NCBI RefSeq assembly: GCF_006345805.1
Contig: NC_043016.1
Location: forward strand, 13,826,001 to 13,890,000
DNA from: Octopus sinensis
Lineage: Eukaryota
Length of the DNA stretch: 64,000 nucleotides
Reading direction: 5' to 3'
Shown here: positions 12,189 to 25,347 of the stretch, piece after piece
Numbering within the stretch: position 1 is the first letter of the stretch
Layout of the letters: each line of letters begins with the position of its first letter
Notes under the pieces: generated by a model
Told to the model about the DNA's origin: nothing
Databases searched by the model: none
The model's input: the letters and a program-made list of their open reading frames with translations, nothing else
Position numbers and translations under genes: made by a program

Positions 12189-12561
12189 ACTCTTTTACTG
12201 GTTTCAGTTATTTGACAGTGGCCATGCTGGAGCACTGCCTTTAGTTGAGCAAATCAATCCCAGGACTTATTCTTTGTAAGCCTAGTACTTATTCTATCAG
12301 CCTCTTTGCCAAACCGCTAAGTTTTGGTGATGTAAACACACCAGCATCAGTTGTCAAGCGATGTTGGGGGGACAAACACAGACACACAAACATATACACA
12401 TACATATATATATATATACATATATACGACGGGTTTCTTTCAGTTTCCGTCTACCAAATCCACTCACAAGGCTTTGGTTGGCCTGAGGCTATAGTAGAAG
12501 ACACTTGCCGCTTGTGCGACACAGTGGGACTGAACCCAGAACCATGTGGTTCATAAGCAAG

Positions 12562-12563
<2 letters not shown>
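12189..12563 (-). mobile_element. Family A SINE
   Basis: Reverse-complement tail, microsatellite and CORE region. Confidence 0.85.
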
Positions 12564-12594
<31 letters not shown>

Positions 12595-12600
12595 CAACTA

Positions 12601-12878
12601 TTTCGTATTTGTATTTGGTTTGCAAGATTCTTTATGTGAATTCGTGTGTTGCAAATTTTATTGTGTCTGGGGAGAACCATTTCTTTTAGTGCTTTATTAT
12701 TTAACACACACACCAGTTCAATTTCCACTCGTTTACTTATCTATGTTTTTCTAAAATTTTTGTTGCATCTTGCAGCCTCTTCAAAATAAATAAGTAAATG
12801 AGTAGAAATCGAACCAGTGTGTGTGTGTGTTAACTAAAAAGGCACTAAAAGAGAATGACTCTCCCCAGACACAGCAAT
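12601..12878. mobile_element. Penelope-like terminal fragment in inverted arrangement with a decayed hammerhead
   Basis: Inverted arms ~12662-12740 and ~12790-12875. Related to 22741-22940 and 20881-20930. Hammerhead relic at 12751-12787 (minus). Confidence 0.5.
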
Positions 12879-13169
12879 ATAAATATATATATATATTATA
12901 AATATAGTTTTGATTACAGAGGACCCCTGAATAAGCCAGGCATATTAAAATGAAGTGTGCTGTAGATTGCTAGACAGAATGACACGAACCAGATAGTTAA
13001 TCCATTACCATAGCACACAATGCAGTGGTGATATGATGTATGTGTGTGTGGGGTTATAAACACACACATACATACATACATATATATATATACACACACA
13101 CACACATACATACATATATAGTACATATGTGTGTATGTGTGTGTGTGTGCGTGTGCGCACCAAAGCATG

Positions 13170-13352
13170 CCTCGCCAGTGCTGGTGCCACATAATGACCA
13201 CCCAGCCCGCTCTGTAAAGTGGTTGATTTTAGGAAGGGCATCCAGCTGCAGAAACCTTGCCAAAGCAGACAGAGGATCTTGGTGCAGTCCTCTATCTTGC
13301 CAGCTTCTGTCAAACCCATACCAATATAGAAAATGGATGTTAAGTGATGATG
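13170..13352 (+). mobile_element. RTE 3' UTR fragment
   Basis: GGAAGGGCATCCAGCTG...AACCCATACCAATATAGAAAATGGATGTTAAGTGATG. Confidence 0.7.
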
Positions 13353-13388
13353 AAGGTATATATATATATATATATATATAGATATATA

Positions 13389-13420
<32 letters not shown>

Positions 13421-13423
13421 TCA

Positions 13424-14290
13424 TTATCATCATTTAACATCTGTTGTCCATGCTGGCATGGGTTGGATGGTTTGGCTGGGCTGGCACACTGGAAGGCTGC
13501 ACCAGACTCAAATCTGATTTGGCATGGTTTGCTATGGCTGGATGCCCTTCCTAATGCCAACCGCTCCGAGTGTGTAATGGGTGCTTTTACATGCCACTCG
13601 TGTGGGTGCCATTTGCATGACACCAGTATCTGCCATGATTGCGATTCTAATTGACTTGGTGGATCTTTTCAAGCAAGACATTATGAGAAAAGTCTCAGTC
13701 ATTCGTCATTGCCTCCACAAGGACCAACACTCGAAAGGAGTTTTTCACATGCCACCAGCATTGGCTACTTTACCTCCATGAGGCCCAATGCTCAAAAGGT
13801 GCTTTTTACATGCCATTGGCATGGCTGCCAGATACATGCCACCAGCATCAGCCACAACTACAATCTCACTTGGCTTCGCAGGTCGTCTCAAGCAAGGTCT
13901 CGGTCACTAGTCTTTGCTTCTGTGAGGCCTACAGTTCGAAGATCATGCTTAACCACCTTGTCCCACGTCTTCCTGCATCTACCTCTACCACGGGCTCCCT
14001 CCACAGTTAGAGATCATCACTTCTTTACACAGCTGTTCCCGTCCATATGCATTACATGACAATACAAGCACAGTCATCTCTCTTGTATACCACATCTGAT
14101 GCTTCTTATTCCTAACTTTCACACAAGATGCTTACACTCTGTCAAACATACACACTACCATTGCACATCCAACAAAACATGCTAGCTTCATTTCTTTCTG
14201 GCTGTTCTCAGCTGTCACAACCCATGTTTTACTGCTGTTCACACACAGGCATATAATCTGCCTTTCACTCTGAGAGAGATGCCCTTTGTT
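13424..14290 (-). mobile_element. Older RTE LINE 3' portion (UTR plus coding end)
   Basis: (CAT)n tail at 13424. 13850-14290 aligns with 50560-51020 ([21 protein letters not shown] in minus ORF 14239-14445). Confidence 0.8.
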
Positions 14291-14459
14291 GTCAGCAGGA
14301 GTAGGAGCTCTTTGAACTTACACACACACACACACACAGACAGACACACACATACACACACAGACACACATACACACGCATGCACACACACACACACATG
14401 CACACACATACGCACATGCACACACACACATGCACGCACACACACACATATATTGGATT

Positions 14460-14870
14460 ACATTGGAAATTCCAGATGTATAAGCAAAACTTGGAATCAA
14501 AGAGCCTTAAACTTAACTTAGCAAAGCCCAAAGTTCTTGTAAGCTGAGAAAAACAGGACAAAACTTTTTCGGGAAAATGGCTCTGCTCAATACGTAGAAA
14601 TGTGTGGGTAGGAATCCCGTTTGGTGTACGCAGTATAAACTATAGACACATAAGCGATACGGTGGCAATGCAGTAATGTTTACTTTAAGTTTGGCAGATA
14701 CACAGGAGCAGTAAACACATGGAAAACAGATTTTCTCAAATGCCCTGGAAGCTCCCTAAGGGTAGTAAATACCTTTTGTTACCTTGGCAACCTAATTAGT
14801 AGTGGAGGAGATTGTTTCAAATGTATAGATGCTAGAATTAGAATAGGATGGAGAAAATTCAGAGATCTGT
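14460..14870 (+). mobile_element. Decayed RTE fragment (post-YADD and Cys-rich region)
   Basis: GGAAATTCCAGATGTATAAGCAAAACTTGGAATCAAAGAGCCTTAAACTTAACTTAGCAAAGCCCAAAG resembles the KFQVWKQGLESKGLRINLAK region. Confidence 0.6.
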
Positions 14871-14921
14871 TATATCTGCTGGTAACAAAAGCCCTTTTTC
14901 TCAGATTAAAAAACAGATTGT

Positions 14922-15470
14922 GCCATCATCATCATCATTGTCATCATCATCATCATCATTTAATGTCTGTTGTCCATGCTGGCATGGGTTGGACATGGGC
15001 TGGCAAGCTGAGGGGCTGCACCAGACTCCAGTCTGATTTGGCATGGTTTTCTACGGCTGGATGCCCTTCCTAATGTCAACCACTGCAAGAGTGCAATGGG
15101 TGCTTTTCTGTGCCACCAGGTTCGGTGCCAGTTGCGTGACATGAACAATGGCCACAAACTATGATTTCAGTCGACATCACCAAAGGTTCAATCACTAGTC
15201 ATTGCCTCCATGAGGCCCAGGATTCGAAGCCCATGTCTTCCTGGGTCTCCCTCTTCCATAGATTCCTTCTGCTAGTAGAGATCAGCACTTCACACAGCTG
15301 TTCACATCCATACATGTCACATGACCATACCAATGCAATCGTCTCTTTTGCAAGCCACATCTGATGCCTCTTATGTCAAACTTTTCCCTCAAGACATTTA
15401 CACTCTGTTGTGCATGCACACTGACATTGTACATCCAGCGAAGCATGCTAGCTTCATTTCTTAGTGAAAT
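14922..15470 (-). mobile_element. RTE 3' fragment
   Basis: Tail at ~14930. Minus ORF 15282-15500 contains RNEASMLRWMYNVSVHAQQSV...LHWYGHV. Confidence 0.75.
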
Positions 15471-16319
15471 GTAGGTCGTGAATGCAGAATACCCAAACAA
15501 GGAAGAAATGAAATTAGCATACTCTGCTGAATGTACAATCTACATTGCAAATTTGGAGAAGGGGACTAGCCAATTACATCGACCCCAGTGTTTCACTGGT
15601 ACTTAATTTATCAACCTTGAAAGGATGAAAGGCAAATCATTGTACATTCATGGTAAAGTTTAAATGTTTTGAGAGAAAATACTAGACATAAGAGGCATCA
15701 GATGACATGTGCAACAGAGAAGACTGTTCTGGCATTGTTATTTAATATGTATGGGTGGAGACAGCTGCATAATTGTCCTCTAATTGTGGATGGGATTTGT
15801 GAAAGATGAAGACAGGAAGACAAGGTGACATAGAGAAAATTAATGTTGAAATGTTGAATCTCATGGAAGAGATGACAAAGAACCAAGATGACCAGTAATA
15901 TGCTAAGCTCAAGAAGACTCATCTACCTCAGCAAAATGAGGCCCTAAATGCTTACTGTTATGTAGTCCTTACAATTCATCTTCCCAGTACCCATCTCTCC
16001 ATCACTCTTCTAACTATTTCACTATTTTTACTCATCTACTGTAACTATAAGAGAGCAGAGAGGCACATATTTCATCCCCCCTCCACACTTTTGTGTTATC
16101 ATTTTTTGCCTCTCCTTGCTCTATTTCAATTGTCACTCACCCCAACATTTCTCCAATATCATCCCTTACCACTATATTTTCCATGGAACACCCGCTCATG
16201 TTGTGCATTACTCCCCCCTCCCCATATATATATTCACCCTACATTCTTCTGATCTTCACTACTGTCACTGAACAACCAATTCCCTTCATGCATTTTACAT
16301 CATCTCCCTATTTTTTATT

Positions 16320-16710
16320 TACTCTTTTACTATTTTACTTGTTTCAGTCAATTGACTGTGGCCATGCTGGAGCACCGCCTTTAGTCGAGCAAATCGACCC
16401 CAGGACTTATTCTTTGTAAGAATAGTACTTATTCTATCGGTCTCTTTTGCCAAACTGCTAAGTGACGGGGACAAAAACACACCAGCATCGGTTGTCAAGC
16501 AATGTTGGGGGGGACAAACACAGATACACAAACATATACTCACATATATATGACGGGCTTCTTTCAGCTTCCGTCTACCAAATCCACTCACAAGGCTTTG
16601 GTCAGCTCGAGGCTATAGTAGAAGACACTTGCCCAAAGTGCCAAGCAGTGGGACTGAACCCAGAACCATGTGGTTCGTAAACAAGCTACTTACCACACAG
16701 CCACTCCTAC
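16320..16710 (-). mobile_element. Family A SINE
   Basis: Reverse-complement full copy. Confidence 0.88.
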
Positions 16711-16983
16711 ATACAGGTTTTTTTTTTTACAATACTGCTCTCCACCCTCCCTTTTTTTTTGCATTGCCACTCACCTCCTCTTCCCAAACTCATTCCCACT
16801 TCTTCATCAGTGCCCCTCCCCCCCACCACTATGTGATATTCACCTCTGACATGCCTCTTACCCTGTTTGCAACTCACAACATTCACCTGCATCCCCACCA
16901 CTAACCTTCTCTCGCTCTCCTCACACTCTCACAAACCACCTTTACTTTCCTCCAGCCGAGTGTTCCTCATATTCATCATCTTG

Positions 16984-17543
16984 TATTGGGTTGTCCGGAA
17001 AGTTCATGCCGATTTATAGTAGCTTACCTTTCGACTTATTTTAGAACATGGTTGAGTTCATAAAACAGGATTTGACTACATCTCCATTTAGAGCACAGTT
17101 TAAGCTATCTTTTCGTGGAAGAAGATTTATGTTCCTATAACCTGTGTTAATTCTGTAACCCTTTAAAATGGAAGATAAGAAAGTTCATTTTCGGCACTTG
17201 ATACTTTGGGAACCAGACAAAAATTGCTGCAGCTCGGCTGGGATGTGTTACCCCACCCTCCATATTCACCAGATATTGCTCCTTCGGATTTCCACTTATT
17301 CAGGTCTCTGCAGAATAGTCTTAATGGTAAAAATTTCAATTCCTTGGATGACATGAAAAGATACCTTGCTAAATTCTTTGCCATGAAACCTCCTCGATTC
17401 TGGGAAGAGGGTATTTTCAAGTTAAAGGAAAGATGGAGATGCATTGTGCAACAAAATGGTTCATATTTGGTTGATTAAAAATGTAATGGCAAGTATTTAT
17501 TGACCTTTTTCTTTCCTTTAAAAAACTTTCCAGCAACCCAATA
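16984..17543 (+). mobile_element. Internally deleted mariner transposon
   Basis: TIRs TATTGGGTTGTCCGGAAAGTT / AACTTTCCAGCAACCCAATA. ORF 17206-17478 has LPHPPYSPDIAPSDFHLFRSLQN...KLKERWRCIVQQNGSY. Confidence 0.9.
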
Positions 17544-19123
17544 CTTTGAAGGTGTTCCAACTCTCACCATCACCATCACCATCACCATCATTATCTTTTT
17601 TCTCTCTCTTTCCACCTGGGATAACCATGTATCTCTTCTGCTGCAAGACACCTGTTCTCATCTCTCTTTAATACTTTAACCTCTCAACACCTGGCATAAA
17701 GCCACCTCCCTCAATAATACACCTTCACCCACTTGAGAAGTTTTGTCTTGCAAATTACTTGGTGACTTTGCTGGGGCTGGTGCCAAGTAAAATTTACTCA
17801 GTACATGCTCTAAAGTGGTTGGCATTAGAAAGAGCATCCAGCCTCAGGAAACATGCCAAAAGCAGACACTGGAGCTTGGTGCAGTTCTCTGACCTGCTGG
17901 AACCTGTGAAACTATACCAATCCATGCTGCCATTGAACAGTGGTGATGATGATGGAAATGATGATGATGATGATGATGACGATGACGACAATGATTATGA
18001 TGAAAATGATGATGATGATGATGATTTATTTTTATTTACACACACAAACACAAATACACACACATACACACCCACACACGCATGCACTTCTTTTAACATC
18101 AACCTATAATGTGCATTATATATGAGAGATATCTTTTCCAAGATTTCCTCGGCTGGAAATAGCATCGCATTTTACACACGAGTGCATATTATACATGAAT
18201 AAATACGTTATGTTCACTCAGGTGTACTTACACGTTTGTTTGCCCTAATTGTTGTCATAATAGGACACAGAGATATTGAGTACACATAAACGTCTAGAAC
18301 AACGAAAGACCTCATGCTCATTTATTTATAACACGCCATTAATACTATTCAATATTTACCCATTCAATACTACGAGTACAATGCCACAATGCATTTAACT
18401 AAACAGTCAACTCTTTACTGTGTTCATTATTGTATACACAACCAGGTTCATTAGCAGCTTGTTTATTATAATTTTACAGCTCTATTGTTTACATTTTTAT
18501 TGTTACAAGAATAGACAAGATAACATTTAAATTGGGACTGACTTACGTATCACTGATCGACCAGGTGTCTTTCATTATTACCTCATTTGTAATTTTTGAC
18601 AAATTCACCTGTTGGAAGAGTGCGTTATCGGTCATAGCCTTCCATGATTATATCTGACTAAAATATCTTGGAACCACAAGTGGCAAACCTTATTTTATTG
18701 TGATGATATGACAATGAAATGCCTCCACTGCCATTACTTCAGATGCTCGGGAAGCGCCGTATAAACAGGGGCAGATGCAATTTTTCCAGTCCCCTTATAT
18801 GGCCCCATCTCCTGCTGAGATGCAGTGTATCTGTATACTTATATATTTGTTCATTTATATATTTTCTTACTTTGTTGCTGGTTTTTATCTTTCAAAGTTT
18901 TTGATTCGTTTACACACGACCTATGTCTGTTTTATTCTGTGTTCCTTATACATAAATAATAATTAATAATTTTTACCTGTCAATGACTCTTTAGTTTATT
19001 CTAGACAACTCTTGATTTATTCTCAATACAACCTTTCAAGACCGCCTGAAACAGACAATGTGTTTTTACTATCTTTCAGTACTTCTTGATATAAAAATTC
19101 ACCCTAGGACCATCATCATCACC

Positions 19124-19535
19124 GTCATGGTTCAGGGTTTAGTTCCACTGCATGGCACTTTGGGAAAATGTCTTCTACTATAGCCTCAGGCCAATTAAAG
19201 CCCTGTGAGGAGCTTTGGTTAACAGAAACTGAAAGACGTGCATTGTATATATATATAAAATATATATATATATATTTATGTGAGTGTGTCTTTGCGTCTG
19301 CGTTTGTCTCCCCCCCCCGTCCACCCCACTGCTACCATCACCTGACAACTGATGTTGGTGTCTTTACGTCCCCATAACTTAGTGGCTTGGCAAAAGATAC
19401 CAATAGAATAGGTACTAGGCTTACAAAGAATAAGTCACGGGGTTAATTTCTTCAACTAAAAAAAACTTTTAAAGTTAAGCTCTAGCATCACCAAAGTCAA
19501 ATGACTGAAGCAAGTAAAAGAATAAAAGAATAAAA
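19124..19535 (+). mobile_element. Family A SINE, diverged, 5' clipped
   Basis: CORE region and tail present. Confidence 0.75.
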
Positions 19536-19544
19536 GTATATATA

Positions 19545-19958
19545 TACTCTCTACTCTTTACTCTTTTACTCTTTTACTTGTTTCAGTCATTTGACTGCGG
19601 CCATGCTGGAGCACCACCTATAGTCGAGTAACTTGAGCCCAGGACTTATTCCTTGTAAGCCCAGTACTTATTCTATCGGCCTCTTTTGCCAAATCGCTAA
19701 GTGACGGGGACGTAAACACACCAGCATCGGTTGTCAAGCAATGCTAGGGGGACAGACACAGACACACAAACATACATGCACATGTATTATATATGACAGG
19801 CTTCTTTCAGTTTCCATCTACCAAATCCACTCACAAGGCTTTGGTCGGCCTGAGGCTATAGTAGAAGACACTTGCCCAAGGTGCCATGCAGTGGGACTGA
19901 ACCCGGAACCATGTGGTTGGTAAACAAGCTACTTACCACACAGCCACTCCTGCGCCTA
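19545..19958 (-). mobile_element. Family A SINE, full length
   Basis: Reverse-complement copy, tail-to-tail with the previous one. Confidence 0.9.
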
Positions 19959-19980
19959 TATATATATATATGTATATTAG

Positions 19981-20150
19981 TTAATAATTAAGAGTGTTAC
20001 AGATAGCACCAGCATGGTAAATCCTGATTTTAATTAATGTAAATCCCGATTTTAATTAATGTACCTCAGTGAAAATTTGTGGTTGTAGTTGCCTACTGAC
20101 AGCTATTTTTAGCATACTGGTGGTATTTGTAGCACCCTTAATTATTAATT
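19981..20150. mobile_element. Short MITE-like element with ~36-bp imperfect TIRs
   Basis: TTAATAATTAAGAGTGTTACAGATAGCACCAGCATG versus CATACTGGTGGTATTTGTAGCACCCTTAATTATTAA. Internal ~21-bp tandem duplication. Confidence 0.55.
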
Positions 20151-20282
20151 AATAATTTTTTACTTTACAGTATTTTCTTATGCAGGCTACGCCACTTGAT
20201 ATCATTGTAAAGATAATATTCTCATATATATTTTTATGTATATATATATACATCTATATATATATATATATATAATATATAT

Positions 20283-20348
<66 letters not shown>

Positions 20349-20398
20349 CATACATATATATACATATATATATATAAATATACATATATATATATTTT

Positions 20399-20435
<37 letters not shown>

Positions 20436-20745
20436 GCATATCTGCATGCATGTGGATGAAAGAAAGTAAGCACCTGACTCATTTGGTTGGAGTTTATATA
20501 TATTTTATAACACGTAACTGCAGCTGAATCAAATTGCAGCAGCAGTTGGGCAAATACCATGGAATGTGCTCATCATTCCACCAGAGGGTGCTGTGAAAAA
20601 AATAAACAACACGAGGATGGGGTACATGCAAAGTATTAATAAGATGCTCAGAGAAGGAAAGAAAGTGTGTTTTACATTTTGAGCAAAGCTCTTCTTCGGA
20701 AACAGGAGAAAGAGGGAAGTCCATTTACGTGTGTATGTATGTATA

Positions 20746-20814
<69 letters not shown>

Positions 20815-20927
20815 GCATATATCATCATCATCATCATCATTGTTTAGCGTCCGTTTTCCATGCTGGCATGGGTTGGAATATTTGTTTTGCAAGATTTTTG
20901 ATGTGAAATCGTGTGTTGAAACAGATA

Positions 20928-21312
20928 TTGTTGTATTTAGGAATGGTCATATTGCCAGTTTAGCCAATAAAAACACACGCACTATATATTTGGTGTTACT
21001 TTGCTTCAGCGTTATTCATTTTTTACATTAATCTTAATCTTATTTCGGCCAGAGTTCTTTCGTCACACTCCTGTGACCTCATCAGTGGTCCTTTGCTTTC
21101 TTCTTTCTTATTTGTGTGTCTCTCCTTACTAAGAAAGAAGAAAACAAAGGACCACTAATGTGGTCACAGGAGTGTGAAAAAAGAACTCTGGCCGAAATAA
21201 GATTAAGATTAATGTAAAAAATGAATAACGCTGAAGCAAAGTAACACCAAATATATAGTGCGTGTGTTTTTATTGGCTAAACTGGCAATATGACCATTCC
21301 TAAATACAACAA
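20928..21312. repeat. Near-perfect inverted repeat, 183-bp arms, 19-nt spacer (Penelope-like fold-back terminus)
   Basis: Arms 20928-21110 and 21130-21312, about 5 mismatches by eye. Confidence 0.92.
21047..21091 (-). ncRNA. Minimal type I hammerhead ribozyme, intact core
   Basis: Minus strand GGACCA-CUGAUGA-G-GUCAC-AGGAGU-GUGAC-GAAA-GAAC-UC-UGGCC: helix I CCA/UGG, 5-bp helix II, UC cleavage site. Confidence 0.75.
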
Positions 21313-21364
21313 AACATATACATATATATATATATACATATATATATATACATATATATTATAT

Positions 21365-21396
<32 letters not shown>

Positions 21397-21490
21397 CATA
21401 CATATATATATATACTATATATATATATATATAATATATATATATACATACATATATATATACATATACACACATATATATATGTATGTA

Positions 21491-21552
<62 letters not shown>

Positions 21553-21635
21553 AAATAGAAAATGGAGAAATATTGATCATTAACAATGGACTTACATCAA
21601 TTATTATTTTTTAATTTAATACAAATAGATTGTGT

Positions 21636-21757
21636 CCCATCTGACAGCTGTTTCTGCTTCCAATGTTATATGGTATTGCCATTGATATGCTAAAATATAA
21701 TATTCATCATATTTGGTAATAAAACCAATCTGGAACAAGGTGCTTCATCAGAGTGAA
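21636..21757 (-). ncRNA. Hammerhead motif with 90-nt helix II insert and palindromic helix III
   Basis: Minus strand CU-CUGAUGA-[90 nt]-GAAA-CAGCUG-UC-AG. Helix I and base of helix II imperfect. Confidence 0.5.
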
Positions 21758-21859
21758 GAAAAATACATACATAAAAGAAGTAATCTATGAGCATAATATG
21801 CTTCCATGTGTATGTCCAGAGTTAATGTCATCATTATTTTTTTTTTGTTATATTTTCTT

Positions 21860-22284
21860 ATACTCTTTACTCTTACTCTTTTACTTGTTTCAGTCATTTG
21901 ACTGCGGCCATGCTGGAGCACCACCTTTAGTCGAGCAAATCGACCCCGGGACTTATTCTTTGTAAGCCCAGTACTTATTCTATCGGTCTCTTTTTGCCAA
22001 ACCGCCAAGTGACGGGGACGTAAACACACCAGCATCAGTTGTCAAGCGATGGTAGGGGGGGACAAACACAGACACACAAACATATACACACACATACAGA
22101 TATATATATACATATATACGACAGGCTTCTTTCAGTTTCTGTCTACCAAATCCACTCACAAGGCATTGGTCAGCCCGAGGCTATAGTAGAAGACACTTGC
22201 CCAAGGTGCCACGCAGTGGAACTGAACCCGGAACCATGTGGTTGGTAAGCAAGCTACTTACCACACAGCCACTCCTGCGCCTAT
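21860..22284 (-). mobile_element. Family A SINE, full length
   Basis: Reverse-complement copy ending CACTCCTGCGCC. Confidence 0.9.
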
Positions 22285-22752
22285 ATTTTTTATTTCTTAT
22301 TTTTTATTTTTTTATTTCTGTATGTAAGCATTTAGATATGTAAATAAACAGATCAACATACAGACAGATAGGTACATAGGTTACAAGAACAGATACATAT
22401 GGAGACATGGATCCACACATATAAAGATGCACATCCATACATACAAACATAGTACATAGTTGCATAACACACACACACACAGATATGCTCACACAAGGAG
22501 ACAGAGGTGCATACATATACAAACACATGTTCACACACACATACATAGAAAATACACAAACACAAACAGGCAAGCACATAAATATGCAGGATACATACAT
22601 ACAGATGCACACACATACATACACATGCAAACACACACACACATACATACGTATATGTATGCATGTATAAGCACACACACACACACTGACACACACACAT
22701 GCACACAAACAAACAAATGGGAACGCAGTGTAAATAACGGACAGAGTCAAGA

Positions 22753-22789
22753 CTATTGAAAAGGTTGCAAAACACAACGAAAATTTTAG
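22753..22789 (+). ncRNA. Decayed minimal hammerhead
   Basis: CUA-UUGAAAA-G-GUUG-CAAAACA-CAAC-GAAA-AU-UU-UAG, two core substitutions relative to CUGANGA. Confidence 0.45.
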
Positions 22790-23619
22790 GAAAATAAAAA
22801 TAAGAAATAAGTGGAAATTTTACCGGTGAGTATAAGGCACAAAAAGAAAATGACTCTCCCCAGACACAACAGAATATGCTTCAACACACGAACTCATATA
22901 AAGAATCTTGCAAACCGAATCCCAAAACGAAATAACGTAGGTAATTATACCAGTGGTATAATGGATGCTTTTATCCCTTAGATGGTTATTCCAACCTCTA
23001 ACTCACTACTAACTTTTAATATACCTCAATTACATACATGTGTGTGTGTGTGTGTATAAGACAAGAAATAATGTTTACCTCTTTTTATGGAGACGAAAGG
23101 GTTTATAGGACTGCGAAAAAGATGTGCTCTAATGAAATTGAGAGAGAGACAGGAAAACGTTTTATTAGAGAACAAACATCAAATTTAGGTCAATGACTTT
23201 ATATAATACCACATGTCCACACATTTCATCATATATAAACATTACCGTGGCCTTCAACATATAAAACAAATACATATATAAAAGCACAGAAGGTAAAAAA
23301 TATATATATGCTCATAAAAATACAAAACATATGAAAAGGCTAATCAAGAAAAGGTATAAAGAAATCAACTAAAATAAGTAATCAAAATGAATTACTAAAG
23401 CATGTATAGTGACTAAAAAACTAAAAAAAATATCAATCAACTAAAAAAATTTTTATTCCCCTCAATCAAAAATATAGCAAAATAATTTGTTTCTCAAAAA
23501 CCATGGATGGTTGAAGTCCAAGGAGCATAAGTGAGTTCCACAAAATCAGGTCAAAACACATCTGTGGCCATTTTGGGATATATCATATCCTTTCCAGGAG
23601 ATGCTGACTCTGCTCCGAT

Positions 23620-24258
23620 ATACATATGTATATATACACATTCAAACATTGGGCCTTACAGAGGCAATGACAGGAGACTGAGATCTTTGGATATATGCTG
23701 TGATTGAGAAGACTCGGCAACTAAAGTGAGATTGCAGCCACGCATGCCTGGCCCAGTTAAGAGTACCCCTGATGCATCGTGTGATATGATATGCTTGAGA
23801 AAACCTGTTGAGTCAAATAAAACCAATACCGTAGCTATGGCCAGTGCCCCCTGATTGGCTCCCATGCTGGTGGCACGTAAAAAGCACCATCTGAACATAG
23901 CCAATGCCAGTACTCCCTGACTAGCCCCAGTGCCTGTGGCACGTAAAAAGCACTATCCGAATGTGATCAATGCCAGGCCTGCCTGACAGGCTCCTGTACT
24001 GGTGGCACATAAAAAGCACCCACTTTCATTACACTCTCAGTGTGGTTGTAGTGATTAGTAAAAATTCTCATATCTTCCATCTTTTGTCTTTCATTTACCA
24101 TATCGCTGACGAAGATTAGGAAGGTTGTTGTCCACAATGTGGAAGCATTGCCAGATCAGATTGGAGCCTGGTGCAGCTGCTAGCTCTCCAGACCTCAGTC
24201 AAACAATCCAACCCATGCCAGCATGGAAAATGGACGTTAAACGATGATGATGATGATG
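23620..24258 (+). mobile_element. RTE 3' end, interrupted
   Basis: GTGGCACGTAAAAAGCAC modules and AACCCATGCCAGCATGGAAAATGGACGTTAAACG(ATG)n tail. Confidence 0.7.
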
Positions 24259-24310
24259 ATACACACACACTCATATATATATACATATAAATATATATAT
24301 ATATATATAT

Positions 24311-24356
<46 letters not shown>

Positions 24357-24443
24357 TATACATGCATATATATATGTATATATATATATATATATATAAA
24401 TATATTATATATATATGTGTATATATGTGTGTGTGTGTGTGTG

Positions 24444-24504
<61 letters not shown>

Positions 24505-25088
24505 TATATTATATATATATATGTGGAGGGTAGTTAATGGCGATCTACATAGTCACTGGATGCTGGTTGTGTGAGCACCATACTGGGCTAAAACTTCCAG
24601 AGAGTGATGCAAACCTCATGTCCTATTTCGACCTCCTCATGGTACCACCTGGATCTAAACCAACAAGAGAGGATGATTGCAGGTGTCTGGTACAGTATAA
24701 CCAGGCTGCTCTGAGCAGATGGGGCTTGTTAGCCATGATTAGCAGCTTGTCTAGGAGAAGGAAACTCTGATATAAAACCTATGACCTGAGGACCTCTCTG
24801 TCCTCGTCCCAGCTTGTTGGGCTTTGGCAGATGAACTCCAGGTGTAAAGGGTAGGGCTAGTTCTGCACAAACTGCACTTCACCTTAAAACTCCATTGCGC
24901 AGGCTGAAGGATCTGTCCACGTCCACGACCACGATCACAACTCTCCAAGCTCTATAATGATGGGAAAGGGGCGAAAATGGCAGGTGGAGGATGTCACTGG
25001 AAGCTGCAGCTCCCAACCTGCATGCAGGGGGTTCAGGACATTGGTCCCCTGGTGTTGACAAAAATTATATATTAGAAGTTTGAGATCC

Positions 25089-25315
25089 TTAACCCTTTAG
25101 TGTTCAGATTATTCTATCAAACATAATGCTTATTGATTCCCATTGATTTGAATTAATCATGCATTATCTCATATCTTCAAGATGTTGATGGTGTAATTAC
25201 TTAATGTAGAATGACATTGTAGGGTATGTGTGAGAGCCTGGATCTGGTCAGTTTGAACATAAAACAGATTAAATATTTTGGCCAGATATGGCCAGTTTAA
25301 ATACTAAAGGGTTAA
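25089..25315. mobile_element. piggyBac-type MITE
   Basis: TTAA|CCCTTTAGT...ACTAAAGGG|TTAA. Sister copy at 36399-36626. Confidence 0.75.
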
Positions 25316-25347
25316 ACAGACTGAATTAATCAATATATATTTATGTG

